In this document: piece after piece, positions 51,898 through 61,187 of the stretch | Position numbering within the stretch: position 1 is the stretch's first letter | Layout of the letters: the number at the start of each line of letters is the position of its first letter | Source: an uncultured Candidatus Rokubacteria bacterium | GTDB taxonomy: Bacteria; Methylomirabilota; Methylomirabilia; Rokubacteriales; CSP1-6 | DNA length: 64,000 nt | Direction: 5' to 3' | NCBI GenBank assembly: GCA_963762145.1 | Contig: CAVXJS010000021.1 | Location: 192,001 to 256,000, forward strand | The notes under the pieces: model-generated | Database searches by the model: none | Told to the model about the DNA's origin: nothing | What the model saw: the letters and a program-made list of their open reading frames with translations, nothing else | Translations under genes and position numbers: made by a program

Positions 51898-52578
51898 CTA
51901 GCGTCCGCCGGCGCGGGAGAGGCAGACGAGATTGGATCGGAGGAGCGGGAGGCCCGACTTGAGCAGGCGATTCTGGCGGGCGGCCGGGAAGAGCGACAGG
52001 AAGGCCTCCGCGTCGAGCAGGTTCAGGTTCTCGATCTCCGCGAAGTAGTCGAGGCCGAGGCGGCGAAGACTGGCCCGATACGCCGCATCCGGGAGCCAGT
52101 GGAGCAGCGGCAGCCAGGTGTGCAGCTCGAGCGGGAACCGCTTGTTGGGGGTGGTGAACAGCACGCACCGGGACACTCGACAGACCTCGGCGACCAGAGC
52201 CCGCTGCTGATCGCGCGTGCCCCCGTGCTCGACCACCGCGTTGCAGATCCCGTAGTCGAAGTACCCGTCGGGTAGCGGGATCTCCCGGAGATCCGCCTCC
52301 AGGAACCGCAGACCCGGAAACGCCTCCTCGAACCAGCCCGCCTCCTCCGCCGCCCGTCCGATCGCGGTGACCTGGCGCCGGTACGGGTAGAGGCTCTCGA
52401 AGAAGTAATGCACCGGATGGTCGCGATGCCCGGACACCCCGAAGTCGGCCACGCGCGCCTCCGGGCCGGGGGCGCACTCGCGCATGAATCGGTCGAAGAT
52501 GCGGCGCCGGACCTGGAAGGCCAGATCGTTCTTGATCCGGTCGAAGGCGCCGAGCTCGGTCGCGTAGCGGAGCGCCAC
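51898..52578 (-). CDS. Class I SAM-dependent methyltransferase
   Basis: VADFG, ADLREIPLPDGYFD, NAVVEH, TTPNKRFPLELH. Confidence 0.82.
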   Translation of the reverse strand: MALRYATELGAFDRIKNDLAFQVRRRIFDRFMRECAPGPEARVADFGVSGHRDHPVHYFFESLYPYRRQVTAIGRAAEEAGWFEEAFPGLRFLEADLREIPLPDGYFDYGICNAVVEHGGTRDQQRALVAEVCRVSRCVLFTTPNKRFPLELHTWLPLLHWLPDAAYRASLRRLGLDYFAEIENLNLLDAEAFLSLFPAARQNRLLKSGLPLLRSNLVCLSRAGGR

Positions 52579-52584
52579 GGCGGG

Positions 52585-53517
52585 CTAGGCCTCGGGACGA
52601 CGGGCGATGAACGCCATCGTGGCGGTCCGGCTGACCAGCGCCTGAAAGATGGTCACCGGCAGGAACGGCGCGATCAGGGCCGGATACCAGCGGACGCGGC
52701 CGTTCGCGGGTACCCGGAGCCCGCCCCGGTCCGCGAGCCAGTTCTGGATGCCCGCGCTCCAACCGACCGTGCGCAGGCGAGGCACGATGCGGGTGTCCAC
52801 GAATCCGGTCTGCTCGCAGGCGGCCCGGATGGTCTCGGGGCTGAAGAGCGCGATGTGCCGCGGGAAGTGCAGCGCGCCCCAGTAGCGCCCGAAGAGCCGG
52901 AAGTCCCAGCAGTCGATGTTCGGCGTCTCGCCGAAGAGGATCCCGCCCGGCCGGAGCAGCTCCCGGGCGCGCCGCAGCGTCGCGATCGGATCGCGGACGT
53001 GCTCGATGACGTGGCCCATGCGAATGAGATCGAACGACTCCGGAGGGAAGTCGGTGTCGACCAGATCGCCCTGGCGCACGTTGAACCCGCGCCGGACCGC
53101 CTGGCGGGCGGCCTCCGCGTCGAGCTCGAGCCCGCAGACGTCCCACTCGCCCACCCCGGCGAGGGCGTTCAGGGCGCCGCCCGCGCCGCACCCGACGTCG
53201 AGGACCCGGCCGCGAGGACCGATGAGGCGCGCCACCCGCCGCGCGTCCAGCCAGTAGGTGATGCGGAACAACCAGCCCACCACCGGATCATCGCCGTAGA
53301 CCGCGTAGGTCGGCGGGTAGTAGCTCGGGATCACGTCGCGGGCCGGCCGCGGAGTCTGATAGTAGAGATCACACGCGGTGCAGCGGGAGAGCGTGAAGCG
53401 TCCGGACACGCCGTACTCGTAGTCGCCCGCTTCGAGCACGGGCACCGCGTGGCGGTCGGATCGACAGAGATCGCATACCGCCCCGGCCAGCTCGGCGTCG
53501 CGGACGGACGCGTTCAT
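52585..53517 (-). CDS. Class I SAM-dependent methyltransferase with N-terminal CxxC...CxxC
   Basis: CDLC, CTAC, VLDVGCGAG, HVIEHVRDP, LRPGG, ETPN. Confidence 0.85.
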   Translation of the reverse strand: MNASVRDAELAGAVCDLCRSDRHAVPVLEAGDYEYGVSGRFTLSRCTACDLYYQTPRPARDVIPSYYPPTYAVYGDDPVVGWLFRITYWLDARRVARLIGPRGRVLDVGCGAGGALNALAGVGEWDVCGLELDAEAARQAVRRGFNVRQGDLVDTDFPPESFDLIRMGHVIEHVRDPIATLRRARELLRPGGILFGETPNIDCWDFRLFGRYWGALHFPRHIALFSPETIRAACEQTGFVDTRIVPRLRTVGWSAGIQNWLADRGGLRVPANGRVRWYPALIAPFLPVTIFQALVSRTATMAFIARRPEA

Positions 53518-54557
53518 GCGCGCTCCCGGACGGCCGACCCGCTCCGCCACTCGGCCCGGATCTTCTGGAACAGGAAGCCGAAATAGCTCCGATTCGTGGG
53601 CACCGGGATCCCCGCGGCCACGAGGAGACGATGCACCTCGGGCAGGTTGTAGTTGGGAATGCTGGGAAACACGTGATGCTCGTAGTGGAGGTACTGGCCG
53701 AAGGGCGCGATGATCCACCGCTCGACCACGTTCAGACGGCTCGTCCGCGTCACCCACGCCTCCTGCGGCGACTCCGGATGATAGCCCGCCTCGAAGCCGT
53801 GCTCCGCGATCGAGCGAACCCGGATCTGGAGTGGATAGAGCGTCATGATGGGCAGGACGTGCAGGAGCAGGTAGGCCCAGGGCCCGCCCGTCATCGTGAA
53901 CAGCGCCAGGAGCGCGAGCTGGGTGATCGCCACCGGGATCATCGTGGCGGCCATGCGGACGAAGTAGGCCGGCGTGAGGCGCCGCCACGGCGAGACGGAA
54001 TAGGTGGCGCGGTCGGACTGGGAGTACTGCAGCAGACGCTTGACCGCCGACACCAGGAAGAGGTCCCCGAGCAGGCCCTTGAGCATCGCGGACGCCGACG
54101 CCTCCGGCTGGCTGAAGATGATGTCGGGATCGCGATCGGTGTTCAGGTACAGGTGATGGTCCATGTGCGCGGTCCGGTGCCCCCCGCGCGTGTAGCCGAG
54201 CAGGTACGCGAAGAGATTCCCGAACCCCTGGTTCAGGCGCGGATCGTGGAACAGGGTGCCGTGGTCGCTCTCGTGCACGAGCTGGGCCGCGCAGTTGAAG
54301 TTGCGGATCGCCCAGAGCGCCAGGAGCGCGGCGGTCCACCAGCGGGGATAGAGCCCGAAGACCACCGGTACCGCCACGAACGACGCCAGCGCCGCGATCA
54401 CGTCCAGCGCGCTGCGCCCATCGCGCATCCGGTGCACGGCTCGGAGCGCCTCGAGACTGATCGCGCCCGACTGCAGCGCTTCCCGGGCGGACCGGGGCGC
54501 GCCCACCGTCATGTCCTCGAGACCCGCTCCGCTCCGGTCGGTCATTCCGGTGGTCAT
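53514..54557 (-). CDS. Membrane fatty acid desaturase family protein
   Basis: Three His boxes HESDH, HMDHH, HYEHH plus AEH and TM segments. Confidence 0.85.
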   Translation of the reverse strand: MTTGMTDRSGAGLEDMTVGAPRSAREALQSGAISLEALRAVHRMRDGRSALDVIAALASFVAVPVVFGLYPRWWTAALLALWAIRNFNCAAQLVHESDHGTLFHDPRLNQGFGNLFAYLLGYTRGGHRTAHMDHHLYLNTDRDPDIIFSQPEASASAMLKGLLGDLFLVSAVKRLLQYSQSDRATYSVSPWRRLTPAYFVRMAATMIPVAITQLALLALFTMTGGPWAYLLLHVLPIMTLYPLQIRVRSIAEHGFEAGYHPESPQEAWVTRTSRLNVVERWIIAPFGQYLHYEHHVFPSIPNYNLPEVHRLLVAAGIPVPTNRSYFGFLFQKIRAEWRSGSAVRERA

Positions 54558-54559
54558 CC

Positions 54560-55084
54560 CTAGAGCGCCTTCATGCGGAGAATCTTGCGGGCCGCCAGCC
54601 CGACGCTGCCCCCGATCCAGCCCTTGGGGGTGAGCACGAAGCGGTCGCCCTGGGCCTTCAGGAAGCGATTGGCCAGCATGATCTCCAGACGATCGGCCAT
54701 GAGCACCTCGACCCCGCACACCGCTTGCATCTGGGCGAGCGTGAGGCGCTGATGAGGCGCGCGGGCCAGCTCGATCAGGAGCCGGACGGTGATCGAGCGG
54801 TCGGCGTGGGAATAGAAGAGGCCGGCGGTGAGGAAGAGCAAGACCTGGAGCACGAGGCCGTTCACGAGCCCGAGCCGCCAGTCCGCGCCGACGAACGCGG
54901 GAGGGAGGAAGCCCAGATCGGCCGGGGTCATGACGTAGAGCACGAGGTAGAGCGGCACCGTGGGCGCGAACGCCGCCAGCATGGAGGCGAACGCCTTCCG
55001 GGGTGCCACGAGATGGAACACCGCCGCCTGCACGAGCACCCAGGTCGTGATGAGCAGGCCGCAGAGCACGAGACCCTTCAGCAC
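54560..55084 (-). CDS. Hypothetical membrane protein with winged-helix-like C-terminus
   Basis: Three TM segments, DLGFLP, then SITVRLLIEL...RLEIML...FVLTPKG. Confidence 0.7.
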   Translation of the reverse strand: MLKGLVLCGLLITTWVLVQAAVFHLVAPRKAFASMLAAFAPTVPLYLVLYVMTPADLGFLPPAFVGADWRLGLVNGLVLQVLLFLTAGLFYSHADRSITVRLLIELARAPHQRLTLAQMQAVCGVEVLMADRLEIMLANRFLKAQGDRFVLTPKGWIGGSVGLAARKILRMKAL

Positions 55085-55093
55085 CCGGTCCTC

Positions 55094-55630
55094 CTACGCG
55101 CCCACCTGGGCGTTGATCAGCCGCTTGAGAAAGGACCCCAGCGCCGCGACCCGCTCGCCCGGGGCCAGGATCCGGTACGCGCCCGCCTCCTCCCGCACGT
55201 AGCCGCCCTGCAGGAGCTTGGGGAGCCGCCGCTGGAAGATGAGGTTGACCGGCTGATCGCTCCCCTGGATGGCGAGGGCCGCGGACCGGGTCATGCCCTC
55301 TCGGCCGCGGAGCCGGAGCGCCACCATCACGCTCATGGACGGGCTCAGGCAGGCAAAGTACGAGAAGCACCAGTAGCCGTGGAACATCAGGACGAGGAGC
55401 AGGAAGCCGTTCCCGAAGTCCACCAATGGGACGGTCTCCTGCCAGGCGGTGGGCAGGAAGCCCAGATCGGGCGGCAGGAGCCAGAACCCCGCCACGTAGA
55501 GCGCCTCCGCGGCGGCGAACGCGCCGATGAACAGCCGGAACTCCTTGTTCCCCCGGTAGAAGCGGAGCGCCACCGCGCTCCCGATCACCAGCAGGGCCAG
55601 GGCTGCGCCGGAGAGGACGAGTCCCTTCAT
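55094..55630 (-). CDS. Hypothetical membrane protein, paralog of 54560..55084
   Basis: MKGLVL start, DLGFLP, NG, SPSMSVM...RRLPKL...YRILAPG. Confidence 0.7.
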   Translation of the reverse strand: MKGLVLSGAALALLVIGSAVALRFYRGNKEFRLFIGAFAAAEALYVAGFWLLPPDLGFLPTAWQETVPLVDFGNGFLLLVLMFHGYWCFSYFACLSPSMSVMVALRLRGREGMTRSAALAIQGSDQPVNLIFQRRLPKLLQGGYVREEAGAYRILAPGERVAALGSFLKRLINAQVGA

Positions 55631-56302
55631 CTACTGCATCCACTTCTGGAAGTCGGTCACGAACTGGCGCACCGCTTCGTCGGTCTTGGGGTGGCTGACC
55701 ATGGCCCGGAAGAACTTCGGGGGCACCGTGACGATGTCGGCGCCCGCCTGGAAGGCCTCGCTGATGTCCGCGATGTGCCGGATGCTGCCCACGATGATCT
55801 CGCACGGGACCGCCCGCTCGCGGAACGTCTCCCGGACCGAGCGCACCACCGAGGCCGCGTCGTAGCCCACGTCCCGAATGCGGCCGTAGAAGAGGCTCAC
55901 GTAGTTGGCCCCCGCCGCGGCCGCCATCACCGCCTGCCCGTAGGACATGCAGCAGGTGCAGTTGACCCGGATGCCCCGGCGCCGCAGCTCGCTGATCACG
56001 GCCAGCTCGTCCCAGCCCACCGGGATCTTCACGTTGAGGTTCGGATAGTGGCCGAACTCCCGCACGAAATCCTCGGCTTGCTCGATCATCTCCTCCGGCC
56101 GGGTCGAGAAGACCTCGACGCTCAGCGGGATATCGTACCCGTAGCGCTGCACGAGCTCGATGATCTTCTTCATGTGCTCGCGGAAGTCCGCCTTCTCTTC
56201 CTTGGCGAGGATCGACGGGTTCGTGGTGATGCCGGCGGGAAAGCCGCGCTCCAGCGCCTCCTCGATCTCTACCAGGTTTGCCGAGTCGACGAAGATCTTC
56301 AT
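55631..56302 (-). CDS. Transaldolase (short TalC/FSA-type family)
   Basis: IFVDSA, GITTNPS, SVEV, Schiff-base VKIP, YVSLFYGR, GSIR, TVPP. Confidence 0.88.
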   Translation of the reverse strand: MKIFVDSANLVEIEEALERGFPAGITTNPSILAKEEKADFREHMKKIIELVQRYGYDIPLSVEVFSTRPEEMIEQAEDFVREFGHYPNLNVKIPVGWDELAVISELRRRGIRVNCTCCMSYGQAVMAAAAGANYVSLFYGRIRDVGYDAASVVRSVRETFRERAVPCEIIVGSIRHIADISEAFQAGADIVTVPPKFFRAMVSHPKTDEAVRQFVTDFQKWMQ

Positions 56303-56327
56303 GATGTCTCCCTCCGGGCCCGCCCCG

Positions 56328-56981
56328 TCATTCGGTCAGGGTCCAGTAGTAGTCGCCGGTGTAGCCGGCCTCGCGGAACAACCGGCGCCAGCCCTCCGGA
56401 TCCGAGTAGGTGAGCGCGGTGAGCTGCCAGCGCTCGAACTTCTCGTGCTGCGCCTCGTCGAGCCACGAGTCCACCTGGACGTAGCGATGGCGCCGGCCCA
56501 CCCGCTCGATCTCGCCGAGCGCGCGGATGCAGTCCGAGCGCTCGAGGTTGTGCAGGGTGTTGATCGACACCACCAGGTCGAACGTCTTGTCCGCGAACGG
56601 CAGCCGCTCCGCAGAGCCGCGCGCGAGGAACGGTCGGACGTCGTCCATCGCCTGGCCGAGTGCGTAGGCCGAGACGTCGAGCCCCGCGACGCGCACCCCC
56701 GCGATCACGCGGCGCAGGTCGTGGAGGAGGAACCCCTTGGCGCATCCGACGTCGAGGACCCGATCGCCCGGTCGGAGCCCGTAGAAGTCGCGGAGGCGGG
56801 CCGCGATCGGCTCCCAGCGCCCGTCGTAGCGGTAGCCGCCGTAGCCCTGGCCGCGGTCGCCGTCGAAGTACTCGCGGGCGAACCGCTTCGCGACCTCGCG
56901 CTGGGCGGGGACCGCGGCGGCGCGGGCCGCGATGTCCCGCCGGGCGCGCGGATAGCGGTCGAGGAGATCCACCTCAGCCAT
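56328..56981 (-). CDS. Class I SAM-dependent methyltransferase
   Basis: YFDGDRGQGYGGYRYDGRW, VLDVGCAKG, LPFADKTFDLVVSINTLHNL. Confidence 0.85.
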   Translation of the reverse strand: MAEVDLLDRYPRARRDIAARAAAVPAQREVAKRFAREYFDGDRGQGYGGYRYDGRWEPIAARLRDFYGLRPGDRVLDVGCAKGFLLHDLRRVIAGVRVAGLDVSAYALGQAMDDVRPFLARGSAERLPFADKTFDLVVSINTLHNLERSDCIRALGEIERVGRRHRYVQVDSWLDEAQHEKFERWQLTALTYSDPEGWRRLFREAGYTGDYYWTLTE

Positions 56982-57852
56982 TCGCGATCGCTCCAAAGGA
57001 CGCGAGGGTCGCCCGGAGGCCTTCCCGGATCGGGGTGAAGCGCAGTCCCGGCAGCGCGCGGCCCAGGCGGCCGGTGTCGAACCGGCGGTGCGTGATCGGC
57101 CCCTTCCGCGCCGCGCTCGTCACCGTGAGCTCGTAGGGCACGAGGTCGCGGATCGTCTTCACCACGTCCGCGAACGCCTGGCTCTGCCCGGTCGCCACGT
57201 TGTAGACGCCGTCGGCGCCGCTCCGGAGCAGGTCCGCGACCACGCGCGCCGCGTCGTCCACGTACAGGTGGTCGCGCTCTTCCTCTCCCGCCCCGAAGAT
57301 CCGGACCGTGCGGTCCCGGGCCAGGGAGCGCGCGAAGGCGTTGGGGCCGTAGGACGCGTGCGGATCGCCGGGCCCGTAGACTCCGGTCACCCGGAGCGTC
57401 AGGAGCGGAATCCCGCCCACGCGGGCCGCGCTCTCCATCACCCGCTCCCCGACGTACTTGCCGATCGCGTAGTAGCCCGCGGGCGACACCGGCGTGTCCT
57501 CGGTGACCGGCGCCTCGCCGAAGCCGTACGCCGCGTCCGAGCTCAGGTAGACCAGGCGGCCGAGGCGACGTCCCTCGAGATAGGCGGCCAGGTTCGCGGC
57601 CATCGTGGTGTTGGTGAGGAGCGTGGCGGGGCTCTGGCCTCGGTCCGGGGTCAACGCCGACGCGAACACGAGCGCGGTCTCGGGCCCCAGCGCGTCATCG
57701 AGGACCGCCAGCGCGTCGGCCCGCGTGAGGTCCAGCGTCCGTGACGAGTGTGCGACCACCGCGACGCCGTCCTTCTCGAGCCGCGCGTGGAGCGTCCGGC
57801 CGAGGAAGCCGCTCGCGCCCAGGATCACGACCCGCTCCGCCTTCCCGCTCAT
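56974..57852 (-). CDS. NAD-dependent epimerase/dehydratase (extended SDR)
   Basis: GASGFLG, SSDAAYG, YAIGK, VYGPGD, RDHLYVDD. Confidence 0.88.
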   Translation of the reverse strand: MSGKAERVVILGASGFLGRTLHARLEKDGVAVVAHSSRTLDLTRADALAVLDDALGPETALVFASALTPDRGQSPATLLTNTTMAANLAAYLEGRRLGRLVYLSSDAAYGFGEAPVTEDTPVSPAGYYAIGKYVGERVMESAARVGGIPLLTLRVTGVYGPGDPHASYGPNAFARSLARDRTVRIFGAGEEERDHLYVDDAARVVADLLRSGADGVYNVATGQSQAFADVVKTIRDLVPYELTVTSAARKGPITHRRFDTGRLGRALPGLRFTPIREGLRATLASFGAIANG

Positions 57853-58448
57853 CGCGTGAGGCTCTCCCACCGCATCGGCGCGGCCTGCAGGCGCGGATGC
57901 GCGACCAGCATGTGCCACACCACCGCCTGGAACGCCTCGGCGTGCGCGGTGACCCGCTCCGGGCTCACGGTGGGGATGACCACGCACGCGTCCGCCACGG
58001 TCGCGGTGAAGCCGCCGTCCCGGCCGACGATGGCGCCGATCCGGGCCCTCACCGTCTTGGCGTGCTCGAGCGCGCGGACCAGGTTGATGCTCACCTTCCG
58101 CACCAGGTCGCCCCCGCCCACCGAGAACACGAGCACGCAGTCGCGCGGACCGAGGCGGCTGACCTTGAGCCAGTTGGCGAACGCGGTGTCCCAGCCGTCG
58201 TCGTTGATGCGGGCGGTGAGCTCCGACACGTTGTCGGTCGGCGCGTAGGCCTCGAAGCCCGAGATCTTCCGGAAGTCGTTCACCGCGTGCGAGGCGTTGC
58301 CGGCGCTGCCGCCAACGCCCAGCACGAAGAGACGGCCCCCGCCGTCGCGGGTGTCCGCGAGCAGGTCCACCAGGCTCGAGACCGCCGCGTGATCGATGCG
58401 GGCCGCCACCTCCGCGGCCTCCGCGAGGAACTGGGCGACGAAGTTCAT
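57849..58448 (-). CDS. SIS-domain sugar-phosphate isomerase (GmhA-like)
   Basis: GVGGSAGNASHAVND, TARINDDG, FSVGGG, HAEAFQ. Confidence 0.88.
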   Translation of the reverse strand: MNFVAQFLAEAAEVAARIDHAAVSSLVDLLADTRDGGGRLFVLGVGGSAGNASHAVNDFRKISGFEAYAPTDNVSELTARINDDGWDTAFANWLKVSRLGPRDCVLVFSVGGGDLVRKVSINLVRALEHAKTVRARIGAIVGRDGGFTATVADACVVIPTVSPERVTAHAEAFQAVVWHMLVAHPRLQAAPMRWESLTR

Positions 58449-58981
58449 GGGAGATCCTCTATCCGCGCCAGCACCGCGTCGACCGCGCCGGCCAGATCGG
58501 CCACCCGGGCGTCCGCGACACGGCACTCGCTGTAAGGGCGCTCGATGAGCACCGTGTAGCATCCGACCGCCCGGCCCGCGTCGATGTCCCGCCACCGGTC
58601 GCCCACCACGAACGAGGCGGCCAGGTCGAGACCCCAGGCCCGGGCCGCCGCCTCCAGCATGCCCGGCCGGGGCTTGCGACACGCGCAGCCCTCGCCGTCC
58701 GCGTGCACGCAGACGAGAATGTCGTCGACGCCCACCGTCTCGCGTAGCCGCGCGTGCATGATCTCGAGGGTCTCGGGGCTGAGCGTGCCGCGGGCGACCT
58801 CGGGCTGGTTGGTGAAGACGATCGGCCGCAGCCCGACCGCCCGCAGCCGTCCGACCTGCTCGCGCGCCTCCGGGCAGATGCGGAACTCGGCGAGGGTCAC
58901 CGCCGCGTGGGCTCGGCCGTCCCGGACGAGCGTTTCCACCAGGACGCCGTCGCGATCGAGAAACGCGGCCCGCCCGCTCAC
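58445..58981 (-). CDS. HAD sugar-bisphosphate phosphatase (GmhB-like)
   Basis: FLDRDGVL, TNQP, CVH...CACRKPRPGML, VGDRWRD. Confidence 0.9.
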   Translation of the reverse strand: MSGRAAFLDRDGVLVETLVRDGRAHAAVTLAEFRICPEAREQVGRLRAVGLRPIVFTNQPEVARGTLSPETLEIMHARLRETVGVDDILVCVHADGEGCACRKPRPGMLEAAARAWGLDLAASFVVGDRWRDIDAGRAVGCYTVLIERPYSECRVADARVADLAGAVDAVLARIEDLP

Positions 58982-60276
58982 CGGCGCCCCGCCTGACCCA
59001 TGGCCACGTACTCCACCCCGCGCAGCTCCGCGCGACCGGCGTCCATCACCCCCACGCAGTCGATGACCACGGGATGGCGCATCGCCCGGAACCCGACTCC
59101 GGGCGGCGTGGCGAACTCGTCCCAGTCGGTCAGGATCAGCAGGCAATCGGCGCCGACGAGGGCCGCGTCGCGGCTCTCCACAAGGGTCGCGGCCACCTCC
59201 GCGCCCGGCGCCTTCACGAGGGGATCGTAGGCGCGCACCTCCGCGCGGCCGCGCAGGTTCTCGATCACGCGCAGCGCCATCGAGTTCTTGGTGGAGCGCG
59301 TGTTCTTCTTGTACGCGAGACCCCACACCGCGACGACCGCGCTCGCGTTGCCGTCGAGCACGCGCCGCTCGAGCTGGCGGTGGACCCAGCGATAGCGGCG
59401 GGCATTGTGCGCGAGCAGCGTGTCCACGTACTCGACGTCGACGCCGTGCCGCTGCCCGAGCCCGCGCAGGGTCACGAGATCGCGCTCGAGATTCCCGCCC
59501 GCGACGCCCAGGCTGGGGCGGATGTACGCGGCGGGCCCGATGCGCCGGTCGAGCCGAAGGGCCGGTACCATCTCCGACCAGTTGGCCCCCACCGCCTCGC
59601 AGAGATCGGACAGGGTGTTGGCGTACGTCACCGCGCCGAACAGGTAGAGGTTGATCGCGGTCTTGGTCAGCTCCGCGCTCTCGTACCCCATCGGCAGGAT
59701 CGGGCATCCGAACCGGCGCAGCCCCTCGTCGAGCTCGGCGGGGAGCGGCCGGCCGGGATCGGCGGCGCCCACGATGAGCCGCTCCGGCTTGAGGAATCGC
59801 TCGACCGCGTTGCCGAAGATCAGCGTCTCGACCCAGTAGTAGACCGCGATCCCGCTGTCCGGGCGGCGCGACTCGATCCGCCCGGCGAGCGCGCGAGTGG
59901 CACCCGGCGATACCTGACTCATCAGGACCAGGGTGGAGCCGGGCCGCAGGTGGGGAATCGCCGCCTCGATCAGGCGGTGCACGATCTCCGGATCGCTTCC
60001 ATTGTCCGCGTCGGTCGGGATGTCCCGCGAGACGATCACGAGATCGCATTCCGCGAGCGCGGACGGATCGCTCGAGAACTGGATGCGGTCGCGGGTCGCG
60101 GCCAGGAGCTCCGGGAGCCCCGGCTCGTGTACCGGAAGCTCACCGCGCCCGAGCCGGTCCACCGCCTCGCGGTCGAGGTCCACCGCGATGACGCGGGATC
60201 CCAGCGAGGCCCACCCGATGCTCGAGATGATCCCGAGGTGGGACAGCCCGAGGAAGCCGGTGGGTCGCGCGCTCAC
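58978..60276 (-). CDS. UDP-glucose/GDP-mannose dehydrogenase-like protein lacking the catalytic Cys
   Basis: PVHEPGL, SAELTKTAIN, LDRRIG, WGLAYKKNT, AYDP, LTDWDEF; GGNLERD where the family has GGxCxPKD. Confidence 0.85.
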   Translation of the reverse strand: MSARPTGFLGLSHLGIISSIGWASLGSRVIAVDLDREAVDRLGRGELPVHEPGLPELLAATRDRIQFSSDPSALAECDLVIVSRDIPTDADNGSDPEIVHRLIEAAIPHLRPGSTLVLMSQVSPGATRALAGRIESRRPDSGIAVYYWVETLIFGNAVERFLKPERLIVGAADPGRPLPAELDEGLRRFGCPILPMGYESAELTKTAINLYLFGAVTYANTLSDLCEAVGANWSEMVPALRLDRRIGPAAYIRPSLGVAGGNLERDLVTLRGLGQRHGVDVEYVDTLLAHNARRYRWVHRQLERRVLDGNASAVVAVWGLAYKKNTRSTKNSMALRVIENLRGRAEVRAYDPLVKAPGAEVAATLVESRDAALVGADCLLILTDWDEFATPPGVGFRAMRHPVVIDCVGVMDAGRAELRGVEYVAMGQAGRR

Positions 60277-61187
60277 GCGCCGCCCTCCAGGGGGGCCGCG
60301 GCCGCCGCCTGCACGGTGCGGGACAGCCACAGGTCGTTCTCGCCGGAGCTGGCGCCGGTCGCGGCCATCGCCTCGAAGTGGCGGATATCGGCGGCCCACG
60401 TGGGGTCGGGGCCGTGCGCCATCTCGCGGCTCTCGTCCGGCACGCCGCTGGGGCGGCGCCGGCGCAGGATCACCAGCTCACTCCGGCCCCACTTGGTGAG
60501 CCCGTTCATCTCGAGCGCGCCCTCTTCTCCGAGGGCTTCGATGCGCCACCGATTCTTCCACGACAGGAAGCTGCACTCGATGGTCACGGCACGGTCGGCG
60601 GTCGCGAGGAGGCAGTGGTCGAAGCCCTTCAGCTCGTGGCGGCGGCGCTCCCACACCCGGAACTCGGCGCCGAAGCGTCCGAAGACGAACCCGGTGAGGT
60701 CGATGAGGTGCGAGGCCATGTCCTCGAGGATGCCGAGCGGGCTGTCCCGCCACGTGCCCACGATGTTGCCCGCGCTGCCGTTCCCGTAGAACATGCGCAC
60801 GCGGTAGAGCCGGCCGATCGTGCCCGCGTCCAGATGGCGCTTGAGGGCCACGACGTTCGGCTCGAACCGGAAGTTGTAGGACGTGTACCAGACGGCGCCG
60901 GAGGCCCGGGCCAGCCGGCCGAGCTGCTCGCCGGTCGCCGGGTCCAGGATCAGGGGCTTCTCGACGAGCACGTGCTTGCCGCGAGTGAGGAAGTACTCCA
61001 TGAGGCGGACCTTCACGTCGTTGGGCACCGCCAGGATCGCCGCGTCGTACCGCTCGTCGGGGCACTGGTCGGGCTGGCGAAAGTCCGCCGCCGGGTTGAA
61101 CGGATCGACGGTGGCTACGCAGCGGTCCCCCAGGACCGCGCGGCGCTTGCCGCCGATATTGCCGAGGCCGACGAGCAGGTATCTCAC
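60273..61187 (-). CDS. Gfo/Idh/MocA family oxidoreductase
   Basis: VGLGNIG, GKHVLVEKP, YNFRF, GILEDMASHLID. Confidence 0.88.
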   Translation of the reverse strand: MRYLLVGLGNIGGKRRAVLGDRCVATVDPFNPAADFRQPDQCPDERYDAAILAVPNDVKVRLMEYFLTRGKHVLVEKPLILDPATGEQLGRLARASGAVWYTSYNFRFEPNVVALKRHLDAGTIGRLYRVRMFYGNGSAGNIVGTWRDSPLGILEDMASHLIDLTGFVFGRFGAEFRVWERRRHELKGFDHCLLATADRAVTIECSFLSWKNRWRIEALGEEGALEMNGLTKWGRSELVILRRRRPSGVPDESREMAHGPDPTWAADIRHFEAMAATGASSGENDLWLSRTVQAAAAAPLEGGA

